DNA from: an uncultured archaeon
GTDB lineage: Archaea > Asgardarchaeota > Lokiarchaeia > Sigyniarchaeales > SOKP01
Length of the DNA stretch: 64,000 bases
Assembly (NCBI GenBank): GCA_964493715.1
Contig: CAZBPC010000001.1
Coordinates: forward strand, 44,383-108,382
Direction of reading: 5' to 3'
The translations under genes and the position numbers were made by a program. A model generated the notes under the pieces. The model worked only from the letters and a program-made list of their open reading frames with translations. It did no database searches and had not been told where the DNA came from. Positions 30,290-40,131 of this stretch are shown here, piece by piece (positions within the stretch are counted from its first letter, which is position 1; the number at the start of each line of letters is the position of its first letter).

Positions 30290-30982
30290 GTGATTCCGTA
30301 TGATAAGATTGAAGAGAAACCCGAAAAAAAATTTCCTATTGAAGGAAGATTACTATTAGATTTGCACGCTAAAACCATTGAACTAGAAAATGAATTAGCT
30401 AAAACAAAGCAAAAACTGCAAAATACAATTGAAGAACTAAAAGGAACATCCACTAAACTTCAAGGTCGGGAAAAAAGCTTAGTAAAAATGAATGAAAAAT
30501 TTACGGCATCAAAAAAGAACTTGGATTTGGTTTCGGAACAAAAGCTTACCGTAGATATTGAATTAACTAAATTAAAACCGCAATTTGAAGAGTTACAAAC
30601 CGAAAATAGCAAATTAAAAGCAGATTTTAATAATCAGTTATCTTTATTAAATGCTAAAATCGCAGAATTACAAGGAGAATTAAAATTTAAAGATGAAAAA
30701 AATGCGGAATTAGAACAACAATTAATTTTCAAGGATAAATCTACTCTAACTCATAAAATGGAAGTAGACGAAAAAATTGAAAAAATTTCTTCCTTAAAAG
30801 AACAATTAAGCATTTCACAACAAGAAACACAGCAATTAGTTGATAAAGTTAAATCACTTGAAAAAGAGTTATCTGAGATTGAATATTCTCCTCAAATATT
30901 AAATAAAATTAATGAAATGATGGTACATAAAGGATTTATTTCGGACCGAGAACTATCCGACATAAAAAAAGAATTTGAATAA
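30290..30982 (+). CDS. Coiled-coil protein with conserved head and tail motifs (paralog 1)
   Basis: AGGTGA SD-like motif 6 nt before GTG; EGRLLLDL head, long heptad rod, MVHKGFISDREL tail. Confidence 0.8.
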   Translation: MIPYDKIEEKPEKKFPIEGRLLLDLHAKTIELENELAKTKQKLQNTIEELKGTSTKLQGREKSLVKMNEKFTASKKNLDLVSEQKLTVDIELTKLKPQFEELQTENSKLKADFNNQLSLLNAKIAELQGELKFKDEKNAELEQQLIFKDKSTLTHKMEVDEKIEKISSLKEQLSISQQETQQLVDKVKSLEKELSEIEYSPQILNKINEMMVHKGFISDRELSDIKKEFE

Positions 30983-31100
30983 TCTGTAGGTAATGATAGA
31001 TAAATTATAGTTCACATGAAAAAATACAAACTTAGAAAATAAGTTAATAAACATCAATAACTTTACAAAATAATAAGAACTGAAAAAAAGGTGATAAAAA

Positions 31101-31844
31101 ATTAGCATTGATTGGTCACTTGCGGAAACCCGCCCTGACAAGGCTATTAAGGTTGAAGGAAGATTTCTATTAGATTTACGATCTAAGATAAATGATTTAG
31201 AACAGAAATTAAAAAATCAAATGGATAAATTAGACAAAACAGCTAAAGAATTAGCAGAGACTAGTAAAAAATTAGCAACTTCCGAAAAAATGCTTTCTGA
31301 AAAGAGTGAGAACTTCTCTGACCTTGAAAAACAACAAAAGAACTTAACAGAAGCGAATAACAAATTAGAGGAGGAAATTTCCTCACTTAAATCAAGTAAA
31401 GAGGATTTAGAGGGAAAATTGGTTACTGCAAACGAAAAGATTAGTACCATTGAAAAGGATCTAGAAAAATCCAAGGATTCACTAGAGAAATTAGCTAAAA
31501 TTGAGGAAGATCTTGAACAAAAAGAAAGAGAAATGGAAGGCATTAAGAAAGATTTGCAACAAACAATCTCGGATAAATATATTGAAATTGAAAGTTTGAA
31601 GAATGACAAGAATCAAGCCGTGTTTGAGAGGGAAAGTGAAATTTTAGATTTAAAAACTCAAATTGAAGGTCATTCGAAAGAAACAGATGTGTTGAACCTA
31701 AAAATTAAATCCCTTGAAGATTTCATAGAAGAGGCAAAAACTTACCCTAAAGTGGTTGAGGAAATTAAAGATATTATGGCACATAAGGGATTCCTGAGTG
31801 ATAAAGAATTAGATGAGATTATAGATCGAAGTTTGACCAAGTAA
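31101..31844 (+). CDS. Coiled-coil protein with conserved head and tail motifs (paralog 2; probable ATT start)
   Basis: Frame open from 31098 encodes EGRFLLDL homologous to paralog 1; AGGTGA 6 nt before ATT at 31101; tail MAHKGFLSDKEL. Confidence 0.75.
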   Translation: MSIDWSLAETRPDKAIKVEGRFLLDLRSKINDLEQKLKNQMDKLDKTAKELAETSKKLATSEKMLSEKSENFSDLEKQQKNLTEANNKLEEEISSLKSSKEDLEGKLVTANEKISTIEKDLEKSKDSLEKLAKIEEDLEQKEREMEGIKKDLQQTISDKYIEIESLKNDKNQAVFERESEILDLKTQIEGHSKETDVLNLKIKSLEDFIEEAKTYPKVVEEIKDIMAHKGFLSDKELDEIIDRSLTK

Positions 31845-31906
31845 TCTTAGAGAATATCAATTAGAAACCTTTTTAATTAATATTTATTTTTTCAATTTTA
31901 CAGATC

Positions 31907-33175
31907 ATGATCCTACAAATCCTTACATTAGAAGATTTTTATCTCTTATTCACAAAAATCATAATCTCCTTTTTCTGTGGCTTCGTAATAGGAATAGAGC
32001 GTACTAGAGTGAGTGCACAATATGGAGCACGGGATCATATTTTCTTTTCGATGATCTCAACCACGCTAATCTTATTATATGAGAGATTTTTACTCACCTC
32101 TGAAGGCTTTATACTTATCATCATTTTTTTTGCTGGCATGCTACTATTTTTGCTAATTGGCATGATTTATAGATTATTTCATGAAAATAACGCGGGATAT
32201 ACATCAACTTTGTCCATGCTTCTAGCGATAATTGTTGGGATTTTAACATATTACACTGAATCCTTAGCAATTTCCATCTCTGTTATTTTCTTAATTATTC
32301 TTTCGACGAAAAAACAGTTTTATAAAATCAGAAGCTTAAAAGATATAGAATGGACGGGAACCATAGAATTTATCGCAATTGTGGCGTTACTTTACATTTT
32401 AATCCCAAATGATTTTTTATTATATGGTATTCAACTAAAGCCAATAATCATCATTTTCATAACAATTTTAATTGTCAAATACTTCAGTTACTTCATACTT
32501 AGGAGCTCGATCGATAAAAATTTATATTACATCTCCTTATTAGGGGGTTTTGCTCACAGTGAAGCAACAACAGTGGAATTAGCTGAAGCGGGAGCATCAT
32601 CTTCATCTGTGTGGCTGGTAATCCAGACAATGTTAATAAGAATGCTAATTGTTTTACTAATTACACCCACCTTAATGATATATGCAATATATCCAATTTT
32701 AATTACATCAATTATTGGTTTATTTGGATCTTTCCTAATTTTAAGAAAAAAGGAGACCAAACTTGATCTATTAAAAGTTAAAAATCCGTTATCATTAAAA
32801 GGAGCAATAGCTTTTGCTGGTACTTACATGCTCGCTCTCGCTGTATCAATTTTTTTAAGTTTTGTCGATCTAAACATAATTGTATATTATGTTGTTGTCT
32901 TTATGATTGGTTTATTATCCGGTGGCGCTTCCTCCTTATTTGTTGTAACATCTTTCCAATCTCATTTAATAAGTTATGGTAATGCATTAATAATGTTGAC
33001 AATTGGCTTATCAGCGGCAATTCTCAATAAGATTTTTTACTCTACAAGGTCATTAAGGCAGGATAAGAATAAGAGGGTTTATTTAATCCACCTAATCTTC
33101 TATATAATCATCACAATAACCTTATTATCCCTAATGACCTACTTCACAATTATTATATTCAATCTCCCCCTTTAA
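31907..33175 (+). CDS. MgtC/SapB family membrane protein (DUF4010-type)
   Basis: GFVIGIER...GARD, AGYTS, LLGGFAHSEATT, NPLSL. Confidence 0.8.
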   Translation: MILQILTLEDFYLLFTKIIISFFCGFVIGIERTRVSAQYGARDHIFFSMISTTLILLYERFLLTSEGFILIIIFFAGMLLFLLIGMIYRLFHENNAGYTSTLSMLLAIIVGILTYYTESLAISISVIFLIILSTKKQFYKIRSLKDIEWTGTIEFIAIVALLYILIPNDFLLYGIQLKPIIIIFITILIVKYFSYFILRSSIDKNLYYISLLGGFAHSEATTVELAEAGASSSSVWLVIQTMLIRMLIVLLITPTLMIYAIYPILITSIIGLFGSFLILRKKETKLDLLKVKNPLSLKGAIAFAGTYMLALAVSIFLSFVDLNIIVYYVVVFMIGLLSGGASSLFVVTSFQSHLISYGNALIMLTIGLSAAILNKIFYSTRSLRQDKNKRVYLIHLIFYIIITITLLSLMTYFTIIIFNLPL

Positions 33176-33190
33176 AGTCTTGAGTATATC

Positions 33191-34273
33191 ATGGTAAAGT
33201 TAATTTGGGATAATAAAAAAACAAGTGAGGAATTCAAACCACTACAAAACTTCGATGATTATTTTAGTGAGATTCTCCTCCAAAAAAATCAAATTTCATC
33301 TGAAATAGACATAAATACTTCTAAATTGCTTTTTTGGGATGACAACCTACAAGTTCTTAATTATCTCATTTTTAAATTTAAGAAGAAGATAGATTTGATT
33401 TACATAGATCCACCATTCTTTTCGGGTACGAATTATATTGTAAAGATTGAACATAATGGAGAAAATTATGATTCAATCGCGTATCACGATCATTGGAATA
33501 AAGATCTTGATTCTTATTTGCAGATGCTTTATGAAAGAATAGTGCTTTTTAAAGAATTATTATCTGATAAGGGTTTATTATTCATACACCTTGATTGGCA
33601 TGCTAGCCACTATATTCGTGTATTGCTGGATGAAATTTTTGGAGAAAATCAATTTGTCAATAGTATTGTATGGTATTATTATAACAAATATTCTGCAGGT
33701 AAGCAAAATATACCAAGAGCTCATGATGATATCTTGTTATACTCTAAAACACAAAATTATTCTCTAAATGAGATAAGAATAGCTCGTGATAAAACAATAA
33801 AGCAGTTAAAAAGAGTCATGGTTAATGGAGTATTGAAAAACGCAAAGGATGAGAATGGTCATGTAATATATAGAAACGTATCAGATAAGAAAATGGATGA
33901 TGTATGGAAAATTCCTTGTATGCAACCCGCCTCAAAAGAATGGACGGGGTTTCCTACTCAAAAACATCATGAATTATTAAAAAGAATTCTTCTCTTAGGT
34001 AGTAATGAAGGAGATCTAATAGCAGATTTTTTTTGTGGTTCTGGAACAACACTTTTAACAGCAGAAAAGTTAAATCGGAGATGGATTGGATGTGATGTTT
34101 CAAGATTCGCAATATATCTTACCATTAAAAGAATAATTACCTATCAACAAAAATTTAGTAATGGGAAAGAACATAGAAATAAACTTCGAATTTTTGGACA
34201 TTTAACTGACGAGAAGTTACAAACCATTAATTCAGGGTTTTTTGAAAAAAATATAAAATTTAAAAGACATTAA
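33191..34273 (+). CDS. Site-specific DNA methyltransferase (N6-adenine/N4-cytosine, beta class)
   Basis: IYIDPPF, FPTQK, DFFCGSGTT. Confidence 0.92.
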   Translation: MVKLIWDNKKTSEEFKPLQNFDDYFSEILLQKNQISSEIDINTSKLLFWDDNLQVLNYLIFKFKKKIDLIYIDPPFFSGTNYIVKIEHNGENYDSIAYHDHWNKDLDSYLQMLYERIVLFKELLSDKGLLFIHLDWHASHYIRVLLDEIFGENQFVNSIVWYYYNKYSAGKQNIPRAHDDILLYSKTQNYSLNEIRIARDKTIKQLKRVMVNGVLKNAKDENGHVIYRNVSDKKMDDVWKIPCMQPASKEWTGFPTQKHHELLKRILLLGSNEGDLIADFFCGSGTTLLTAEKLNRRWIGCDVSRFAIYLTIKRIITYQQKFSNGKEHRNKLRIFGHLTDEKLQTINSGFFEKNIKFKRH

Positions 34274-34281
34274 ATAGCTCT

Positions 34282-35736
34282 TTACCCATACTTGTTATGG
34301 TAAATCACATTCCAATTCAAGTAATGAAAGAGTGCTTCATAAACAATATCTCCCACTTCATTTAAAGTAGCAGCTACGTGATGGGCAAAGCCTTCCTTAC
34401 ATAATGTTTTTAGTAAGGATTGTAAACGAGGTATTTCGACAACGCCGAAACCACCAAAAGTCTCTAAAGGATCATCAGTGTATTTCCCATCAACTAATAA
34501 CGCTTTCATTTCTCCGTAATTATCATCAGTTTCTATTCTCAATAGCGTGCAAGGTTTTGACTTTATTCTCCCTTGAATTGCGCCAAAAGTTACCTCTGCT
34601 CCTTTTTGATCTGCTATAATGGGATGTATTGTCATGCGCGTATCTTTAAAGAATGATTTAGGGAGGTTACTGCAATGGAATAAAACCATTTTATCTGGAT
34701 CCTCTCCATAATTATTATTCCAATCTAATATTGCTGAAGGATTCTCGGATGCTACTTGTAAAATGTACATTCCAATCAAACCAGAGATGTCAACTTCGCA
34801 AGCAGCAGGAACTAATCCTTCGCTAAACATCGACATGACTGCACATGGTACAATGCCAAAATTATCCTGTATGGAAGGCCAACATTGGAAAGCAAATCCG
34901 TCTAAATCATTTTCTATAACCCAATTTTCGACAACAACAGCAAGTTTTGCTAGTTTTAGTAACCCATCTTCAGGAAAATTCACTGTTGGAGTGTAATCTT
35001 TGATAAATTGTATTTTCTGTTGAATTTTTGGATCAACATCTTTTAAGCGATTAATCATGCCAAAGATTTCAGACAAGTCAATGGGTTCTATGGTAATGCC
35101 ATTAAATTGTAAGATTTTTTCACTATAACGAACTGTTTCAAATGCATTCGGTCTTGTCCCGATTTGACCAAACCTAGCGTATTTTAACTTTTTTACAATC
35201 TTACATATGCCTTCAAATCGTTTGATATCTAATTTGAAATCTTTAGATGTTATTGGAGTTGTGTGCGTCTTCGTTAGTGTAAATGGAATACCATGCTGAT
35301 ACAGTACGCTACATACAGATATTTTTCCGCAAAATGCGTCTCTTCTGTATTTTCGATTCATTTTTTCAATTTCGTCCGAAGATGCTTGAATAAGGATTGG
35401 TACATTCAATTCTGATAGTTTTAAAGTATTTGATACGGCTTTCTCGTCACCAAAATTGCAAAGGCACAAAATTATTCCCAAAATTTTATCAGAATTTTTT
35501 TTAAAAAGTTTAGCACACTTTTTTGAATCTGAGTATGTCTCAACTGCTCCTAATGGTGTATCTTCTTCATTTAAAATGACATAGCTATATCCTAATTCAT
35601 TCATTACATCTATTATATCATTTCTACCCTCTTGTACTAAATGATCTGGAAATACATCTCGATTCCCAACTATTATTCCAAACGTAGGTCGTTCCAATTT
35701 ATCTCTTTTATCAATGAAAGACATAAGTATTTTCAA
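34282..35736 (-). CDS. L-fucose/L-arabinose isomerase family protein
   Basis: NFGDE, RRDAFCGKIS, QCWP, ACEVD, LFHCSN, FAHH. Confidence 0.88.
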   Translation of the reverse strand: MKILMSFIDKRDKLERPTFGIIVGNRDVFPDHLVQEGRNDIIDVMNELGYSYVILNEEDTPLGAVETYSDSKKCAKLFKKNSDKILGIILCLCNFGDEKAVSNTLKLSELNVPILIQASSDEIEKMNRKYRRDAFCGKISVCSVLYQHGIPFTLTKTHTTPITSKDFKLDIKRFEGICKIVKKLKYARFGQIGTRPNAFETVRYSEKILQFNGITIEPIDLSEIFGMINRLKDVDPKIQQKIQFIKDYTPTVNFPEDGLLKLAKLAVVVENWVIENDLDGFAFQCWPSIQDNFGIVPCAVMSMFSEGLVPAACEVDISGLIGMYILQVASENPSAILDWNNNYGEDPDKMVLFHCSNLPKSFFKDTRMTIHPIIADQKGAEVTFGAIQGRIKSKPCTLLRIETDDNYGEMKALLVDGKYTDDPLETFGGFGVVEIPRLQSLLKTLCKEGFAHHVAATLNEVGDIVYEALFHYLNWNVIYHNKYG

Positions 35737-35841
35737 ATTTTTAAAATTAAAAAGTTTATTTCTTTCAGTTCCAAAGGAATAAGTTAGTTTATTTGTTCTT
35801 TTAGAGTTTATGTCCTTAAATCTCCTCGAGAATTAAAAAAA

Positions 35842-37101
35842 TTAGCTCCGATAATCTACACGAGGAAGTTTTTCGATTGCATAAGGAAGTCGAGCATCTT
35901 CAGGGATTGGATCGATATAGAATCGACGGAATTGAGGGTTTTGCATCCTACAGAATGTGCTTCTATGATCATATGCTGGATGATAGATCATTGATTTCCA
36001 AATTTTCTTTAAAGGTTGATCACGGATATTACCAAAAGAAAGTGGCGTAAAATCACAAGGTGCAATATCTCCATAAGCTGATGCATAGAATTGTATATTT
36101 CCTGCTAGACAACCTATTCCAGATAAGTTACCTTCCACAGAATTCTGCCACGATTGAGATGAAAGAGGAGGTATAACTGCTTGCTTAAATATCTTAGAAG
36201 AATAAGTATAAATTTCTTCTCGCAGTTCTTGAGTTAGAAGTTCACTCGTATCTTTTAACATATTACCTGTAGGTACTCCATCAAAAAGAATTACATTATG
36301 AACTCCAATTTCTTTCGCTAGATTATGTAACTTTTTATACATCCCTTTTTCGGTGGCCGAACGGGTTGCATAGGAAGAAAGACCTACGAATACACCTTTT
36401 GATTTTAATCTCTGGATCCCCTTCATGGCAGTGTCAAATAGTCCGGGCATTCCTCTCAAGCTATCATGCTCTTCTGGAATCGGGCTATCAATACTTACAA
36501 AAATAGAGTAAAGTCCTGCTTCGACTAATTTGTCCACATTTTCATCTGTAAGTAGCAATCCGTTAGTGAACATGATGGGCATTGCCTTTTTTTTGTTTAC
36601 ATGAGAGATTAATTCAAAAAGATCCTCTCGCAGTAAAGGTTCTCCTCCAGTAAAAGCGATAATCGTAACGCCCAGCTTTTGGCTATCGTCGATGAGCTTT
36701 TTTGCTTCTTCCGTGCTAAGTTCTTGTGCATCTTCTTTAAAATGTTTTCCAGCACTACAATGAACACATTTGCACATGCATCTATAGGTTACGGCGAAAG
36801 TCATTGCAATAGGAGAAGGATGCCCTAAAATGTGAGACTTTATTAACCCTTTGAACGCCCGAAGTTGAGGAAGACTTCCAACAGGAGGGGCAAAAGTGTT
36901 TGCTACTAATTTTCCTTTCCATCTTCCCAGATTGTTATATTTCCTGTAAAAACCTGCTTGCAAATAGAGCATTATGAATAGGCGTAATTTTTCAAGGATT
37001 GGATTTAAAATGCCCGTGCCAATAATCTTACCATCCTCAAGCTTCTTGAAACTTATTAATTTCGTATTGAAAATTTTCAAGTATATTTGTTCTTTTATCA
37101 T
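35842..37101 (-). CDS. Radical SAM / SPASM-twitch domain protein
   Basis: CMCKCVHC, FTGGEPLLR, C-terminal GCLAG...PCDF. Confidence 0.9.
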   Translation of the reverse strand: MIKEQIYLKIFNTKLISFKKLEDGKIIGTGILNPILEKLRLFIMLYLQAGFYRKYNNLGRWKGKLVANTFAPPVGSLPQLRAFKGLIKSHILGHPSPIAMTFAVTYRCMCKCVHCSAGKHFKEDAQELSTEEAKKLIDDSQKLGVTIIAFTGGEPLLREDLFELISHVNKKKAMPIMFTNGLLLTDENVDKLVEAGLYSIFVSIDSPIPEEHDSLRGMPGLFDTAMKGIQRLKSKGVFVGLSSYATRSATEKGMYKKLHNLAKEIGVHNVILFDGVPTGNMLKDTSELLTQELREEIYTYSSKIFKQAVIPPLSSQSWQNSVEGNLSGIGCLAGNIQFYASAYGDIAPCDFTPLSFGNIRDQPLKKIWKSMIYHPAYDHRSTFCRMQNPQFRRFYIDPIPEDARLPYAIEKLPRVDYRS

Positions 37102-37314
37102 TAAATATCAGTACTCCTATTCATTTTGTTTAACTACATTTTTAATTAATTAATTGATTAATAAATTAATTAGGTTCTGTAATTTATTAGGGTTTGTATT
37201 TATTATGGTTTTGATATAAAAACATACATCAAATAATCTGTTTTGTGGTATTTAGAGTTATTTTTAAGAAAATTTATAATTAGTTTTATTAACTTTTTAA
37301 ATTCTCTATCATTT

Positions 37315-38205
37315 TTAACCTATTTGTTCAATTTCTGCTTGTCGTTTTCCTAAGATAAAAGAACTTAAAATGATGAGACTAACTCCAAGGATAAAAAAAA
37401 CAAGAGAGGTAATTGAAGAAATTATCACTATAAACACAAAGAAATAGAGAATTGAAGGAGTTAATTGAACAGGAACGTTCTGAATTGGAGCGAGAAAGCT
37501 AGCTTTACCACTTCTAAAAGCTTGTGACATTTTAATAACCCCTAAAATGTTTGCTATTATTAGAATAACCGAAGATATGATAAATAAAAGAAGAGTTTCA
37601 ATAAAAAAATAACCTCCAAACATATTGCCTAGCGACCATATGAAAGGGGCTATCCAAAAATTATTCAATGATAACATTAAGCCAGATATCAACGCTAATA
37701 AAATTACTCTGAAACGTGAAATTTTTGCTTGAATTATTTGAAAAATTATTGCAATTAAAGCTAAACTTCCCGTCGATATAAACATTCTAGCTAAAAAATG
37801 AGGATCTAACAAGTTTTCCCCGCTTATTTCAATAGAGAGCCCGCTCAGTCCTATAAACGTTACAGCCATAATCATCACGATTATTGCAAAAATTTCCATA
37901 TAATTAAGTTTTTCACCGAGAAGATGAACAGATCCAATTGCTAATACGATTAACCCGGATGCCATCAAACCGGGGATAATTGCAGGTCCAATGATTATTT
38001 GTGCAAAAACAAATAAGAGTGAACCAATACCAAACCTAACGAATATTGCGAAAAGCCATAAAGGTTCTTTAATCAGAGTTTTCATTAACTTTGCTTCATC
38101 CGGCATTTTGTTAATAACATGTTTCTCAAGGATTAATCCTGAGTAATGTGAAAATCCCCCCAATATTGCCAATATTACTCCAATCCAATAGATTGCTGGT
38201 TCCAT
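37315..38205 (-). CDS. DMT superfamily (NIPA-like) membrane transporter
   Basis: ~9 TM; GLILEK, PLW, LLGEKL. Confidence 0.65.
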   Translation of the reverse strand: MEPAIYWIGVILAILGGFSHYSGLILEKHVINKMPDEAKLMKTLIKEPLWLFAIFVRFGIGSLLFVFAQIIIGPAIIPGLMASGLIVLAIGSVHLLGEKLNYMEIFAIIVMIMAVTFIGLSGLSIEISGENLLDPHFLARMFISTGSLALIAIIFQIIQAKISRFRVILLALISGLMLSLNNFWIAPFIWSLGNMFGGYFFIETLLLFIISSVILIIANILGVIKMSQAFRSGKASFLAPIQNVPVQLTPSILYFFVFIVIISSITSLVFFILGVSLIILSSFILGKRQAEIEQIG

Positions 38206-38218
38206 GAGAAATTACCAA

Positions 38219-38875
38219 TTAGATTTTTTCAAAGATACCAAAAACAAAACTGAAATTTTCAACCCAATTCCGTCGTTGTGTAAAGAATGGTAATAAAGAG
38301 CTATATAGTGCAAGTTTTTTAAATCCGCACGAAGTTATCAAAGCTTCAATTTCATCAACCGATTTTATGAAAATATGTGTTTTATCTGAAGCAAAAAATA
38401 GATTATATACAATTTTACTTATTTTACCACTAACTGTAGGAATTTCTAAACAAAATAATCCCCCATCATTTAATTGCGCATGGATGTTTTTTAACGCCTT
38501 GCTAGGGTCTATTAAATGCTCAACAACAGAAATAGCTGTTATGATATCAAACTTCATATCAAAAGGAATTCGATCCTCTAAGTTTCCTTGCTTATATTCA
38601 CAATCAACTCGTTTACTTGCTACTTTTATGGCATGATTAGAGATATCCATTCCATAATTGGTAAAATCATCTTTTAAAATATTTAAGAAGTGCCCATATC
38701 CACATCCAATATCTAACAGAGTGTTATGAAATGTCGAATGAGCTTTTATCTTATTTTTATATTTTTTTGAACGCCACAGATTTAATTTTACTAAGACATC
38801 ATACCCTAGAGATTTTGAGAAGTGAGAATCCTCTCCTTCAAAATATTCCCTTTCAAATTTGCTATTATTGCTCAC
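38219..38875 (-). CDS. Class I SAM-dependent methyltransferase
   Basis: LLDIGCGYG, FDIIT...VVEHLIDP. Confidence 0.9.
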   Translation of the reverse strand: MSNNSKFEREYFEGEDSHFSKSLGYDVLVKLNLWRSKKYKNKIKAHSTFHNTLLDIGCGYGHFLNILKDDFTNYGMDISNHAIKVASKRVDCEYKQGNLEDRIPFDMKFDIITAISVVEHLIDPSKALKNIHAQLNDGGLFCLEIPTVSGKISKIVYNLFFASDKTHIFIKSVDEIEALITSCGFKKLALYSSLLPFFTQRRNWVENFSFVFGIFEKI

Positions 38876-38981
38876 ATCTATTGTTATATTGGTTGTAATA
38901 AAAAATTTGCGTAGTATTGGTTAAAGATAATTATGAAATAATTTGTTTAGAATCAGTTAATTTTTTTTCCAATTAATTATA

Positions 38982-40079
38982 TTGAAAAATATGAACATTC
39001 TTTTTATTGAAAATTTTAATCTTTTTAAAAAATTAACGAGTGTTAAGACGATAGGTGGAATTGAAACAAATACAAATGATATAATAAAAGATCTTCGTCA
39101 AAAAGGTCATAAAATCTGGATATTAAACAGAGGTGTGAAACCTAAGTGGGTGGAGAAAGAACAAGTTAACATTATTGCAGCTTCCACATTCGATCCAATT
39201 ACTTATTTTCAAATTAGCAAGTATAAGAAAAAATATAAAACTGCTGCGGTAGTTATTCATGGTCATACAACAGTTGAAGACTTAGCTGGGAATTTTGTAC
39301 CTGATAAACCAATTTTTAACAAGATTTTCAAATACTGGCTAAAACTTTTGTACGGTCAAGCACACTTATTGATTACACCAAGTGAATTTTCTAAGGAGTG
39401 TTTAATGAATATTCAGACTTCTTTGACTTATCCTATATATGTTGTAAGTAATGGAATATGTATTGAAGAATTCAAAGAAAATAGTAATTATAGAACCAAT
39501 TTTAGAAGATTTCTCTCTCAACAATATGGTATATCTGAAGATTCAGTGGTTATTATAAATGTAGGTTTAAGTTGGAGGAAGAAAGGTGTTAAGACTTTTG
39601 GAGAGATCGCTAAGAAACTTCCAGAATATTATTTTGTCTGGGTTGGTCCAATAAACAAAAATCCTGAAATTGATGAGGTAATAAAGCTAAATAACGTGAT
39701 ATTTACAGGATTTTATGATGATATCAGAGAGGCATATTATGGTGCAGATTTATTATTAAACACATCTTGGGTAGAAAATCAAGGAATTCCTATTATAGAA
39801 GCAGCAATTTGCAAATTACCTATTGTTGCTAGAGATTTATCCGCATTTGATTGGGTTTCTCATGACCATTCTTGTTATAAAGCTCAAGATGTAGATGAAT
39901 TTGTTGAAGGTATTAACAAAATCGTCTCAAATTCAAATTTTAGAAAAAAAATCGTTGAAAATGCTTGTGGGGATGCTAAGAAGTTACATGATTTTGATAA
40001 AATTGGCGAGAAAGTCGAGAAATTATATATTAGGGCGATTAAAGTAAAAAAAATATGGGATCGTAAGCGAAATAAATAA
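38982..40079 (+). CDS. Glycosyltransferase family 4
   Basis: GGIET, HGHTT, VSNG, RKKG, ENQGIPIIEA. Confidence 0.9.
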   Translation: MKNMNILFIENFNLFKKLTSVKTIGGIETNTNDIIKDLRQKGHKIWILNRGVKPKWVEKEQVNIIAASTFDPITYFQISKYKKKYKTAAVVIHGHTTVEDLAGNFVPDKPIFNKIFKYWLKLLYGQAHLLITPSEFSKECLMNIQTSLTYPIYVVSNGICIEEFKENSNYRTNFRRFLSQQYGISEDSVVIINVGLSWRKKGVKTFGEIAKKLPEYYFVWVGPINKNPEIDEVIKLNNVIFTGFYDDIREAYYGADLLLNTSWVENQGIPIIEAAICKLPIVARDLSAFDWVSHDHSCYKAQDVDEFVEGINKIVSNSNFRKKIVENACGDAKKLHDFDKIGEKVEKLYIRAIKVKKIWDRKRNK

Positions 40080-40131
40080 ACATAATGATTAATTTTGTAA
40101 AAATTAGAAGGAATGAGAGAAAATCATATCA

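Noticed and set aside
21601-38205. Magnesium-transport island (CorA, MgtC-like, NIPA-like)
   Set aside because: Genes are scattered over ~16 kb among unrelated genes; substrates of two are uncertain
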